IMG/VR virus record: IMGVR_UViG_3300028048_000038
Span: 32,001 to 96,000 of that record
Origin: a virus
Lineage: Duplodnaviria; Caudoviricetes
DNA: 64,000 bases
Strand: one strand, 5' to 3'
Positions 8,870-18,040 of this stretch are shown here, in pieces. Position 1 is the stretch's first letter, and each line of letters begins with the position of its first letter. The position numbers were made by a program, and so were the translations under genes. The notes below the pieces were generated by a model. That model made no database searches, had not been told where the DNA came from, and saw nothing but the letters and a program-made list of their open reading frames with translations.

Positions 8870-9259
8870 TTATACTTCAGGGTCGTCTGTTCTTTCAATA
8901 TGCTGATGTAATAGGTTATGCAGTTGGGTGAAATCAATATCTTCAGCACCCCAAATCATTTCATCCTTGATTGCACGAAGCAACTCAATATCAAAGTAGT
9001 CGCTGCCAGGATTGTAATAAATTCTTACTCGACCATGATGGAGCAAGCCAGTTACCTTGAACTGAATACCATAGCAGCCATCTTCTGAAGCGATATACTT
9101 GAAAGCATTTGCACCCCAAGTGAAATATTGCCTACACATTTCGCTCATGGCAAATATATTGCCTCTACCCTTGATGTAAGACATGATTGTCTGATACATT
9201 TCCTTGAGGATTGCGTTGCTCGGATATTTGCTACCGATTTTCTTCATTGTATATTCCAT
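8870..9259 (-). CDS. hypothetical protein
   Basis: Promoter at 9288. Confidence 0.75.
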   Translation of the reverse strand: MEYTMKKIGSKYPSNAILKEMYQTIMSYIKGRGNIFAMSEMCRQYFTWGANAFKYIASEDGCYGIQFKVTGLLHHGRVRIYYNPGSDYFDIELLRAIKDEMIWGAEDIDFTQLHNLLHQHIERTDDPEV

Positions 9260-9467
9260 AACCCTAATCTTTAATTGTTTTCTGTGATGTAAAGATACGA
9301 AATCTTTTTCATTCAGCCAAACTTTTTAACGTTTTTAACAATTCAATCAATGTTATAGTCTACAACACCATTGCGTTTAGCGTATTGCTTTGCACTCTTT
9401 TCTGATGGGAAATAACGCAACTCAACGGTTACATCATCATCCCAATATATATGTAATGTTGCCATAA

Positions 9468-9866
9468 TCAAGAATTTAATAGTCTCTCGATAACGCTCTC
9501 ACAATCTTCAAAGTAGCAATTGTTATTGCTTCCACCAGTCCAATCCTTATCGTGTTTGGCTGTTCTGCAATACATTGGAGTGAGCCAATTGCCATCGTTC
9601 CTCAAGGCAACGTGACTTCTGCCACCTTTGCCACAACCATTGTCATAGTTGAAGAACACATACTTGTCGCCTCTCTTAACGAAGCCAGACATATCATAAT
9701 GACCATAGCAAGGATTAACAACCTCACCACCAAGGGATGCAGCAATCTTTCTCATTGCGTTAAAGAAACTCACTTGAAATGAATGAAATTCCTTTGATAC
9801 ATACGCACCATCGTCCTCTAAGGTACGACCATCCCACTTCTTAATAAAACTCTTTAAATCTGCCAT
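9468..9866 (-). CDS. hypothetical protein
   Basis: 132-aa ORF; RTAKHDKDWTGGSNN segment. Confidence 0.75.
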   Translation of the reverse strand: MADLKSFIKKWDGRTLEDDGAYVSKEFHSFQVSFFNAMRKIAASLGGEVVNPCYGHYDMSGFVKRGDKYVFFNYDNGCGKGGRSHVALRNDGNWLTPMYCRTAKHDKDWTGGSNNNCYFEDCESVIERLLNS

Positions 9867-9877
9867 AATTTCTATTG

Positions 9878-10141
9878 TTATTTTGTTTCGTAAATTAAAT
9901 TATCATTATATTCACCTTTGTATATTGTTGAAGAACTAATAATTCTATTATCGTCAGCCATTTTAAATACTGACACCTTATCTGTGGCAAAACGTCTATT
10001 AATTCTTTCTGCTGCCTTAATAGCGTTCTTCTCATTCTTATAGATTTTCAACCCACTTTCAAAGAACCACGCAAGTTTATTGTTGTTCTGATAGAATGTG
10101 GGATGTTCAGCAAACCAACCTACTATAAAATACTTCTTCAT
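9878..10141 (-). CDS. hypothetical protein
   Basis: Promoter at 10162. Confidence 0.7.
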   Translation of the reverse strand: MKKYFIVGWFAEHPTFYQNNNKLAWFFESGLKIYKNEKNAIKAAERINRRFATDKVSVFKMADDNRIISSSTIYKGEYNDNLIYETK

Positions 10142-10280
10142 AAATCTTTTTGTTTTCTTGATGCAAAGATACGAAATTTATTTGAACTGGCAAAGACATT
10201 TAACACTTTTAACATAAAAAAAGTGGTGGCTAGGCTTTGATTGATTACCTAGTCACCACGTCAAAACAAAAAGATTACGA

Positions 10281-10676
10281 CTATGAATATTTTTCTACCA
10301 AATCGACAAATGCAAGTGGGTACAATCCCCTTGTAGATGTTTCTCGTGCCATCTTGTCCAAGTGCTTCTCTACGAACTCGGAAAGAATGTCATGCACTTT
10401 CTTCTCATACTTAAATTGAGGAATGGAAATGGTTGCGTTTGTCTTGCCCCTTGCTTCATTTAAAGCCCTACGAATGAGTTTCTCTTGCCAAGGTAGGTTA
10501 TACTTCACCTTGAGGATTTTCTCAACGATGGCGAGGATAGAAAGGGCACTATCCTTATAATATGCTTTGCACATCTGATAGTTGAGGATGAGGTCAGCCT
10601 TTTTCTTGTAGGCTTCCAACAATTTCTCATTCTTACTCTGTGCTTCTAACTGCTTTCTTACTTTTGAATTACTCAT
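10281..10676 (-). CDS. hypothetical basic protein
   Basis: ORF followed by anti-leader tail and terminator 10223-10259. Confidence 0.75.
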   Translation of the reverse strand: MSNSKVRKQLEAQSKNEKLLEAYKKKADLILNYQMCKAYYKDSALSILAIVEKILKVKYNLPWQEKLIRRALNEARGKTNATISIPQFKYEKKVHDILSEFVEKHLDKMARETSTRGLYPLAFVDLVEKYS

Positions 10677-10694
10677 AATCGTATCGTATTTTTT

Positions 10695-10964
10695 TTATTT
10701 GTTAATTCTTTCACCCCATTTATCAATCTCATACTCTGTGAAATGAGCCTCTACGAAGTTCTTATAACCTTTCCAAGCATCTTCATTGCTCATCAACAGC
10801 AAGGTATCAACACCCAATGTATCGAGATAGTCATAAGCCATATCCACAAAGTTAAATGACTTGTCGTTTGGTATGTTCAGATGTTCACTACCAATGTGAC
10901 TTGTAATGTAGTTCTCCTTGTCAATATATGACTTGGTGTACTGCTGATTTTTTAACTCATCCAT
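10695..10964 (-). CDS. hypothetical protein (start MDELK)
   Basis: Promoter at 10984 lies inside the longer ORF call, which fixes the start. Confidence 0.7.
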   Translation of the reverse strand: MDELKNQQYTKSYIDKENYITSHIGSEHLNIPNDKSFNFVDMAYDYLDTLGVDTLLLMSNEDAWKGYKNFVEAHFTEYEIDKWGERINK

Positions 10965-11154
10965 ATCTTTTCTGTTTTGATGGTGCAAAGATACGAAATT
11001 ATTTTGAATTGACCAAATATAAAATGTTAAAAAATGAAAATTGGCTTGATTTCCCCTAATCAAGCCAATCAATTTAAAAAGGTTATTTTCCTTAAAAATC
11101 CAAGGGAATCCCTCATAATTCCCTTGGAATATACTATAAATATAATGAATCTAT

Positions 11155-11601
11155 TTATTTTTTCAAGAATTTATTAAATAAATCCACATACTTCTGGCAA
11201 TCTACCATTTCCGCTTCGAGTTTCTTCATTCTCACATCTTTCTCCCACCAAAGGGCGAACTTGATGTCATTGACAATCTTTTCGAGGTCACAAACAAACA
11301 AGTCCTCTAAGGCTATCTTATTGGTGTTCCCTTGTGTTGTGCATACAGAATACTTACGAATCCTTGCGCCATACTCTGTGCCCTCGTCATTGGTAGTATA
11401 GATGGCTCGGCAACCAATATACACATACTTCTTGGTAATCCTACCATATCGGACTTCTTGCTCTCCTATGCGGTTGCACTCATACTTGCACTGCTTCATA
11501 TAGGCTTCGGAGAAATCAAATCCCCTACCTACCAACTTACGCAGTTCAGCAAGTAAATTCTGCTGTTTCTCCTTTAACTCTATGTTTCTATCGAATACCA
11601 T
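11155..11601 (-). CDS. hypothetical protein
   Basis: ORF followed by two hairpin terminators. Confidence 0.75.
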   Translation of the reverse strand: MVFDRNIELKEKQQNLLAELRKLVGRGFDFSEAYMKQCKYECNRIGEQEVRYGRITKKYVYIGCRAIYTTNDEGTEYGARIRKYSVCTTQGNTNKIALEDLFVCDLEKIVNDIKFALWWEKDVRMKKLEAEMVDCQKYVDLFNKFLKK

Positions 11602-11616
11602 AACCCAATCTACTTT

Positions 11617-12195
11617 TTATTTCTTAACAATGTCGTAATATTTAATGATTTTCTTGAAAGTATATTCATCAATGGACACATCGCAAGTTTTCTCGATGTC
11701 AGCAATCATTTCATTAACCCTTGTCTGTTTCAAGGTCTCAACCATTCTGTAATTAACCTTGAAATACAAAAGGTTATCTTTGCAAGTCAAATTTGGAGAG
11801 GTTGGATTGCCCCAATATGCGAAATTACTGACTTCAAGGGTATAACATTCATAATTGGACATATAATACCCCTCACAACTGGGCTTTCCCACATTGCCGA
11901 AGAATTTAAGTTTAACACCCTCAATCGGAATATATACCTTATATGACACCTCGCCATATTCCCTACCCCTAATGGCAAAGATTTCCTTGCGTGTGAAGTT
12001 CTCTTTCTTGCGGAAATTAAACTCGTCAATATCACTCCTAAACCAAAAGTGACACCCATCACTCAAATTCAATGGGGTTATATTACCCTTTTCATCATAG
12101 AAAAGAATATTGGCACCAGTCAGATGTAGGTGACAACCATTCGTAATTAAATAATAACCATATAAAGGCTTCCAAGTTACACATAAATTCATCAT
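11617..12195 (-). CDS. hypothetical protein
   Basis: AGGAGATTAGATT leader; promoter at 12227. Confidence 0.75.
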   Translation of the reverse strand: MMNLCVTWKPLYGYYLITNGCHLHLTGANILFYDEKGNITPLNLSDGCHFWFRSDIDEFNFRKKENFTRKEIFAIRGREYGEVSYKVYIPIEGVKLKFFGNVGKPSCEGYYMSNYECYTLEVSNFAYWGNPTSPNLTCKDNLLYFKVNYRMVETLKQTRVNEMIADIEKTCDVSIDEYTFKKIIKYYDIVKK

Positions 12196-12333
12196 AATCT
12201 AATCTCCTATCCTTTTATTATTTTGATGCAAAGATACGAAAAATAAATGAATCTACCAAAAAAATTAGTGAGAAATGTCTGGATTCTAACAATCTTTAAC
12301 ATTTCCCACCTTAAAAGGAGATTAAAAAGCGTG

Positions 12334-12427
12334 TAGGCGAGGGGGGACTCGAACCCTCCATAGGACTTACTTTTATGCCCATTGGTTTTTAAGACCAACT
12401 TGTCTAACCTAGTTGCAACACTCGCCC
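12334..12427 (-). tRNA. tRNA-Leu(TAA), class II, CCA not encoded
   Basis: GGGCGAG/CTCGCCT acceptor stem, A73, TTGGT-CTTAAAA-ACCAA anticodon arm, long variable arm, GGTTCGAGTCC T-loop. Confidence 0.92.
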
Positions 12428-12511
12428 ATATAAAAAAAAAAATCCCTTCCGAAATCTCACGACTTGAGAAGGGAGGAATATATTATAAATAATAATTAAC
12501 AAAAATCTCTA

Positions 12512-12799
12512 TTATTCGATATTACAGAAAACCATTTCCTTTGAATCCTCAATTGTTGATGGTCTCCATGTGATTACTCCCTCTGTTTTATAATCATCCC
12601 ATGATAATGATAACTTGTCATGCAAATCATCAATAGTGGTTAATTCAACCTTTTCGACCTTTGGGAGTACAACCATGTTATCACTATCCTTAACACCAAC
12701 GTTAAGAGCAGTGATAATACTTTCAGCATTACGATTAATCATGCAATGCTTAAAGTTATTATTGATTGCTTGTTTAAAATTCTGTCCTATTGTACTCAT
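12512..12799 (-). CDS. hypothetical protein
   Basis: ATG immediately at promoter 12802 (near-leaderless, or the true start is internal). Confidence 0.6.
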   Translation of the reverse strand: MSTIGQNFKQAINNNFKHCMINRNAESIITALNVGVKDSDNMVVLPKVEKVELTTIDDLHDKLSLSWDDYKTEGVITWRPSTIEDSKEMVFCNIE

Positions 12800-13079
12800 A
12801 TTGCAAAGATATAAATAAATATCGACAATTCCAAATTATTAATTACTTTTTTTGATACCCTTTGAGTTTTTTTCTCTTTGGGTGATATTCAGCACTTGTA
12901 AGGCATGGGTAATACATATCCTTTGGAATATTAACATCCCAGCCATGCAAAAGATAAACACCATACATAATTAATCCTCCTCCAAATCTTTCATTTTGGT
13001 TGTATAGTGTGGGTCACTTACAATGTCCCACACCATAACAGCCATACAGAAAAGCAGAAATATTCCAAACATAGTGAAT

Positions 13080-13886
13080 TTACTTTTTAATTTCCTCAAA
13101 CGTTCCTCTCTCTGGGTCATACTCATACCCAAGATACTTACAGATGATTGGTCGTACAATAAAGTCAAAGTAAGCAATCCCATCTTCACCCTCACCAATC
13201 GTTTCGTACAACTCACTCCAAACTATGAGGCGAGGGAAAATGTCACCCCAATAGCCGACAATCACGTCCTTAATATCTTCATCGTCATATTTGAGCAGTC
13301 TGCCATCGTTAAGATTGTGCCATGACACATAACGGCACTTAAAGCCAACAACCCTTGCCCATTCTGCTGGTGACATATTCCCACGAAGTATTTTCAAATC
13401 GTCTGCATCATCGAGGTCATAGATATAAGAATCTTCCCCATAAACGGCACTTTCCTCGATAAACTTGTTCCACAACCGAACCAACTGATAAGTATTCAAC
13501 TTGGTGATTGTAGCAATGAGAATGTCTTTCTCCAATGATGGCTTGTAGCCATTAATGCTTTTGCAGCGCAAGAAGCCACGCACATTATAACCTTGCTCTG
13601 TGACGAAATTACGCATTTCTTCATCAGTGGTCTTAATCCAATCGTGCTCCAATACCTCTGCCTTGAAATCATTGAAAGGGTCATGGAAAACACCATCTTT
13701 GGTCTCATAATCACTCATAAAATCGTTGAGGTCAAAGACACAATTGTCACCGCCACAATCAGCGATATATTCAGCAATCTTTGCATCAGAAGGATATTCC
13801 AAGCCCTTTTTGCGACATTCCTCACGAATATATTTGCGGAATGTAAGAACCTTGTTCGCTTTCTCAATAATGTTTAAATCTGCCAT
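13080..13886 (-). CDS. hypothetical protein
   Basis: 268-aa ORF; AAGGAG leader; promoter at 13919. Confidence 0.8.
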   Translation of the reverse strand: MADLNIIEKANKVLTFRKYIREECRKKGLEYPSDAKIAEYIADCGGDNCVFDLNDFMSDYETKDGVFHDPFNDFKAEVLEHDWIKTTDEEMRNFVTEQGYNVRGFLRCKSINGYKPSLEKDILIATITKLNTYQLVRLWNKFIEESAVYGEDSYIYDLDDADDLKILRGNMSPAEWARVVGFKCRYVSWHNLNDGRLLKYDDEDIKDVIVGYWGDIFPRLIVWSELYETIGEGEDGIAYFDFIVRPIICKYLGYEYDPERGTFEEIKK

Positions 13887-13965
13887 AATATAATCTCCTT
13901 ATTTAATTTGTTTGATGGTGCAAAGATACGAAATTATTTTCACACCACCAAACCTTTTAACACTT

Positions 13966-14277
13966 TTAACAATCATAAACTGCAACTTCACCAATAGGCT
14001 GTGAGAAATCCCCTAAATGGTCTGTGAGCGTTAAAATCTCTGCATCTACTGCAAGGGCTTCACGCAAGAACTCTGCATACTCTTCATCACCCTCTGAATG
14101 TGCATCAGCAATCCATACATTAACCATTTCGCTGTCCACATCTTCTAAGGTGTAATTACCAACCTTGCGTTTGTTGTTCCTTACCATATCAACAGCAAGG
14201 TCATGTTGTTCCTCGGACAAATCGAATGTCTCAATTCGATAACTATTGCCCATACTTGAAATTCTTCTCATATTCAT
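13966..14277 (-). CDS. hypothetical acidic protein
   Basis: Promoter at 14299. Confidence 0.7.
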   Translation of the reverse strand: MNMRRISSMGNSYRIETFDLSEEQHDLAVDMVRNNKRKVGNYTLEDVDSEMVNVWIADAHSEGDEEYAEFLREALAVDAEILTLTDHLGDFSQPIGEVAVYDC

Positions 14278-14455
14278 TTATCTTTTTTGTTTTGACAATG
14301 CAAAGATACGAAAAAATAACGAATCTACCAAATTTTTTATGTTAAAAAACACAAATGGGGCAATGTCTCACGACATCACCCCATCAAAACTAAAAACCTA
14401 ACAATTCAAATTATGGAAAACAAAGAGCGTTACCACAACGCAAAACGAGCATAAG

Positions 14456-14542
14456 TGCAACCCAGTAGGACTCGAACCTACGGCATACGAGCACACAAGA
14501 TGTAAACATCGGCACGATTTCTACCAACTGAATTATGGGCGC
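14456..14542 (-). ncRNA. pseudo-tRNA / tRNA mimic with remodelled anticodon region
   Basis: Canonical D-loop AGTTGGTAGA and T-arm GTAGG-TTCGAGT-CCTAC; bulged acceptor GCGCCCA/TGGGTTGC; no 7-nt anticodon loop. Confidence 0.7.
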
Positions 14543-14548
14543 ATTTTG

Positions 14549-14631
14549 TACCCTATACTGAATCGAATCAATCTATCACACAACCATTGAACGTTTTAAT
14601 TATGCAACGTATGTCAGTCTTGATATAGGGC
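14549..14631 (-). ncRNA. tRNA-like RNA (7-bp acceptor and T-like arm)
   Basis: GCCCTAT/ATAGGGT stem, ATTGA-TTCGAT-TCAGT arm, central ACGTT/AACGT hairpin. Confidence 0.5.
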
Positions 14632-14682
14632 ATTACTATAGATTATCCCAATCTTAACCACATCATAGGGCATGTTAAAATT

Positions 14683-14785
14683 GTGAGGTGGAACACGTCC
14701 AAAGTCCCATGATGGCAAAGGCGAGTGCAACTTAATGCAGCGCAGTTCGGCATCCCAAACTTGAGACGTATCGAATCCACCTCAC
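14683..14785 (-). ncRNA. rod-shaped RNA of about 103 nt
   Basis: GTGAGGTGGA/TCCACCTCAC, ACGTC/GACGT and TGCA/TGCA nested stems. Confidence 0.6.
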
Positions 14786-15585
14786 TTGTTTCCCACACCT
14801 TTAGTAGCAAATCCACTCAGCATATAATCTCACTCGGTCGTTGGGTGGTCGCTGTGGGTAGGGTTGATACACAACTTATTTTTTGAGTGTAGGGGAGTTC
14901 TATAGACGAAATCGGCATAACTCCCTCGCTGACACTCGCAGCAGTGTTGAGGGCGGTGGTGGTGCGAACTCTGTTGGTCGCATCCCTAATGCCCCATGAA
15001 AAAGAACGACTTATAACCAAAGAACACAGCATTTGCATACCGCAGTCTTTATACCCCCTCAGAAATGTGCGCACGTTGAGGGGTGCTGGCTGAACTTCCA
15101 TCGTTCTAATATGTTACCCACGCTTCTAACGGACAGCCGTGAACGCAGCCTATTGGCAGTTTGGCAGCGTAAGAATCGAATTTCGGCAGATAACTCGCCC
15201 AAGGAAAATCGACACTCTATTATTGGTGCAGATGTGGGCGAAACATAAGCGTTTAAGGGCTTAAAGTTTTCGTATTTCTATTATTATTTTTAGTCGAATG
15301 ACCTTGCCAAGCCATGCACATTGACATGGGTAGAGGCGGTAATAAATTCTTACTTAGGGTCGGTCTCTAATCATTACTTGTCTCTTTTCTTATATAATAT
15401 ATTCTAATAATCCAGTGCTAAAAATTTAATAAATCCCTTACATGGGCGGAGGTCGTTCCATTATTTCTTTCTTTTTAGGTGAGGGTATCGCAACCCTCGT
15501 TACTAATTCTGATGCAAAGGTACGAAATTTTTTTGAACTGACCAAACTTTTTCGGTGTTTTAACTTCGTTTAACCTTTGAGAAAA

Positions 15586-15782
15586 TTAGGTAGGGTTTCC
15601 CCAATCTTGGTACTGACTTGCCACCATCACAAGTTAAACTGACCAGTCGCTATGGTTTGTTTTATCCCCTACCTAAGAAACGGCATTGGGGTGGTGGAGG
15701 TACGGGCTTCGGAAAAATACCTACTATTACCAGACCTATAACAGCGCAATCGCTTACCACCTTTGCCCCTACGAGGTAGCCG
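15586..15782 (-). ncRNA. two structured RNA modules downstream of a small ORF
   Basis: TTAGGTAGGG/CCCTACCTAA closing stem (15586-15676); CGGC/GCCG and AGGTA/TACCT stems (15681-15782). Confidence 0.5.
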
Positions 15783-15956
15783 TTACTTCAACTTCTTAAT
15801 CTTATAGAGTTGAATAGTCTCTACTTGAGGCTTTCCATCCTTATCAAGAACGTTCTGTCCGTCTCGGTCAAGGATAGGAATCTCTTTCTTCTTCGAGGGC
15901 ATTGCTACCACTCGGTTGTTTCGAATCGCTCGATTGAGTTTCTTCTGTCCACTCAT
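15783..15956 (-). CDS. small basic protein, 57 aa (MSGQKKLNRAIRNN...)
   Basis: Manual translation; promoter at 16003; A-rich leader. Confidence 0.65.
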   Translation of the reverse strand: MSGQKKLNRAIRNNRVVAMPSKKKEIPILDRDGQNVLDKDGKPQVETIQLYKIKKLK

Positions 15957-16070
15957 TTTGCTTTTACCTTTTTATTATTAATACTTTGTTAATGTTTCAC
16001 GATGCAAAGATACGAAAATTTTTTGAAACTACCAAATTTTTTTGTAGAAATTTACAACCATTAACATTCG

Positions 16071-16286
16071 TTAGCAATTACCTTGCTGACTCTCAAGAAA
16101 GTCTTCCACCTCAATGGTTTCTTTGATGTCAGTTTCCAACTTATCATCGTCAATGTCGCCATCATAACGATAATCGTCAAGGCACTTGCCTCTCAATTCA
16201 CATACAAACTCGCCATCATCTGTGACATCAAGTCCATCAATGGTTTCTGTCACAATGTACCCCAATTCTGTTTCGTATGTACCCAT
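16071..16286 (-). CDS. hypothetical highly acidic protein
   Basis: D/E-rich 71-aa ORF. Confidence 0.7.
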   Translation of the reverse strand: MGTYETELGYIVTETIDGLDVTDDGEFVCELRGKCLDDYRYDGDIDDDKLETDIKETIEVEDFLESQQGNC

Positions 16287-16536
16287 AACTACTTCACCTC
16301 TTCTTTCTTCTGCCCAAAGTGAGTGACGATGTGTGGTGTAGCAAAAAGAAGTGCTTCCACAACAATGAGAGATACAATCTGTAATACTGAAATATCCATA
16401 ACTTTTTTTTTACGATGCAAAGATACGAAATTATTTTGGATTGACCAAGAAAAATCTCACTTTTTTTTCAGAAAAGTTGGTGGGGTTGGGATTTACATGC
16501 CATTGCAATACCCTATACGCCCCACCAATGGTTTCC

Positions 16537-17094
16537 TTACTCGGCAGCAGCCATAGCCATTTCCATTTCCTCTGCTGGAGCAGCCTCAACTTTCTTGGCG
16601 ATACCAAGTGTCTCAACAGACATCTTAGCGTTCTTCACGTCAATGTTGGGGTTGGATTCAGATGCAGCGAGTGCAGCCTTGAAATCCTTTGTCTTGGTGC
16701 TATACTTGTCGTAGAAACGACACAGCGCATGAGCGACATTGGGATTCTTGAACAACTTTTCGTTCTTGTGGTGCTTGGCGAACAGCGTAAGCCACTTGAA
16801 GATGGTCTCCGCTTTCTTCTCGTCAATCTTCTCATAACCACCAAGGAATGTGCAAAGGCGGTGTGCGTTCTTACCCACAGCGAAATACACAAGGTATGTG
16901 ATAGGGTACTTGTCATGTGCGTTTGACAACTCTGTGAGTTTCTTGCAGATGTCGATGTGCAGCGCACGTTTCTCCTTATTCTGTGGCAGTGTAAACCAAT
17001 TTGGCATACCTACACCCTTACCGCTACCACTCTCTGCGATTGCACGTACACGTGAGTCGATTGTCACTTTCTTAGCCTCTTTCTCTTTTGCCAT
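16537..17094 (-). CDS. hypothetical Lys/Ala-rich protein, probably highly expressed
   Basis: Strong AAG/GAG/AAC codon bias; AGGAG leader; promoter 17147; hairpin 16477-16528. Confidence 0.8.
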   Translation of the reverse strand: MAKEKEAKKVTIDSRVRAIAESGSGKGVGMPNWFTLPQNKEKRALHIDICKKLTELSNAHDKYPITYLVYFAVGKNAHRLCTFLGGYEKIDEKKAETIFKWLTLFAKHHKNEKLFKNPNVAHALCRFYDKYSTKTKDFKAALAASESNPNIDVKNAKMSVETLGIAKKVEAAPAEEMEMAMAAAE

Positions 17095-17227
17095 AGTTTT
17101 AATCTCCTATTCTTTTAATTAATAATGTTATTTATTTCTTTTGTGATGCAAAGATACGAAATTATTTTGATTCCACCAAATTTTATCTGGCTTTTTAACC
17201 CATTTTAACAATTAATGGTCATATTCC

Positions 17228-17683
17228 CTAACTTTCTACTACATTAATAATAGTGAAATCCTTTGCATTATAGACATTATCTGCATCATCACCATCTTCA
17301 AAGTAGCCACTTTGCAACCACTCTGAAAGTGTAATGTTTGTGATGTGCTTACCCTCGAAATGTACCCAAAGTTCATAGGTCTTTTCCTCAATCTGAAAGA
17401 AAGCGAGATACCCATTATCACCCTCATGGTCTAAATAGTGCCTATCTACCTTAATATCAAGCACCCTCTTTGTCTTTAATGGTACTTCGCCCTCACCAAG
17501 TGTTACTTCACTATCAATGGCGATTGTGGCATATACACCACAAGGGGCAATATCGCTGCGTTTGTCAAAGTCATGGATAAGAATATCCTCAACTACTTTT
17601 TTGACCATTGTAGAGCCGTAGAATGGGTTTTTACTACCCTCTCTATTCTCTATCATTTCAACTCTTAACTTTGCTTCTACCAT
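17228..17683 (-). CDS. hypothetical protein
   Basis: 151-aa ORF. Confidence 0.75.
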   Translation of the reverse strand: MVEAKLRVEMIENREGSKNPFYGSTMVKKVVEDILIHDFDKRSDIAPCGVYATIAIDSEVTLGEGEVPLKTKRVLDIKVDRHYLDHEGDNGYLAFFQIEEKTYELWVHFEGKHITNITLSEWLQSGYFEDGDDADNVYNAKDFTIINVVES

Positions 17684-18040
17684 GTTAGTTTGTTGTTAAT
17701 CTAACTCCAAGAATATTAACCCTATCATCATTAAGAGTAACATCTGCTGTCGCAAAGTAGTCAATCAAATCCGTTGCTTCAACCGCATCAATTTGAGTAT
17801 CATCAAACTCATAGTCGATGTCAATCGTCATTGTGTAAGTTCCTTTTATCATACTTTCAATCTCCTTTTAATTTATTTGTGGTGCAAAGATACGAAAACT
17901 TTTTGAATTGACAAAGGAAAAATGGATTTTTTTTTGTAATTGGCTGGTTTTTTAACCCTTATTAACAAAAAATGGGATTGATGAATACTCATCAACCCCA
18001 CGTAAACATGGAAATCAATACCAACTAAAACATTATGTCC

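Larger units (their letters stand above)
14355..15508 (-). ncRNA. polycistronic non-coding RNA operon (at least 8 structured modules)
   Basis: Promoter 15513-15546; terminator 14355-14384; GC-richer than flanks; successive self-closing stems; only spurious ORFs. Confidence 0.7.

Noticed and set aside
12268-12333. HDV-like theta ribozyme after the tRNA
   Set aside because: Trailer is U-rich plus a simple hairpin; no nested double-pseudoknot pairings visible, and none after tRNA-Cys either
12207-12398. 63-aa ORF from the track
   Set aside because: Overlaps tRNA-Leu, its terminator and the next promoter
14817-15248. ORFs 14817..15101 (-) and 15033..15248 (+)
   Set aside because: Atypical composition, no A-rich leader, and they coincide with strong RNA stems
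14683-15260. RNase P RNA, tmRNA, SRP or 6S RNA
   Set aside because: No GAGGAAAGTCC / terminal P4 match on the transcribed strand, no tmRNA ends or tag frame, no SRP GGAA-loop domain, and the rod is too short for 6S; needs cmscan to exclude formally
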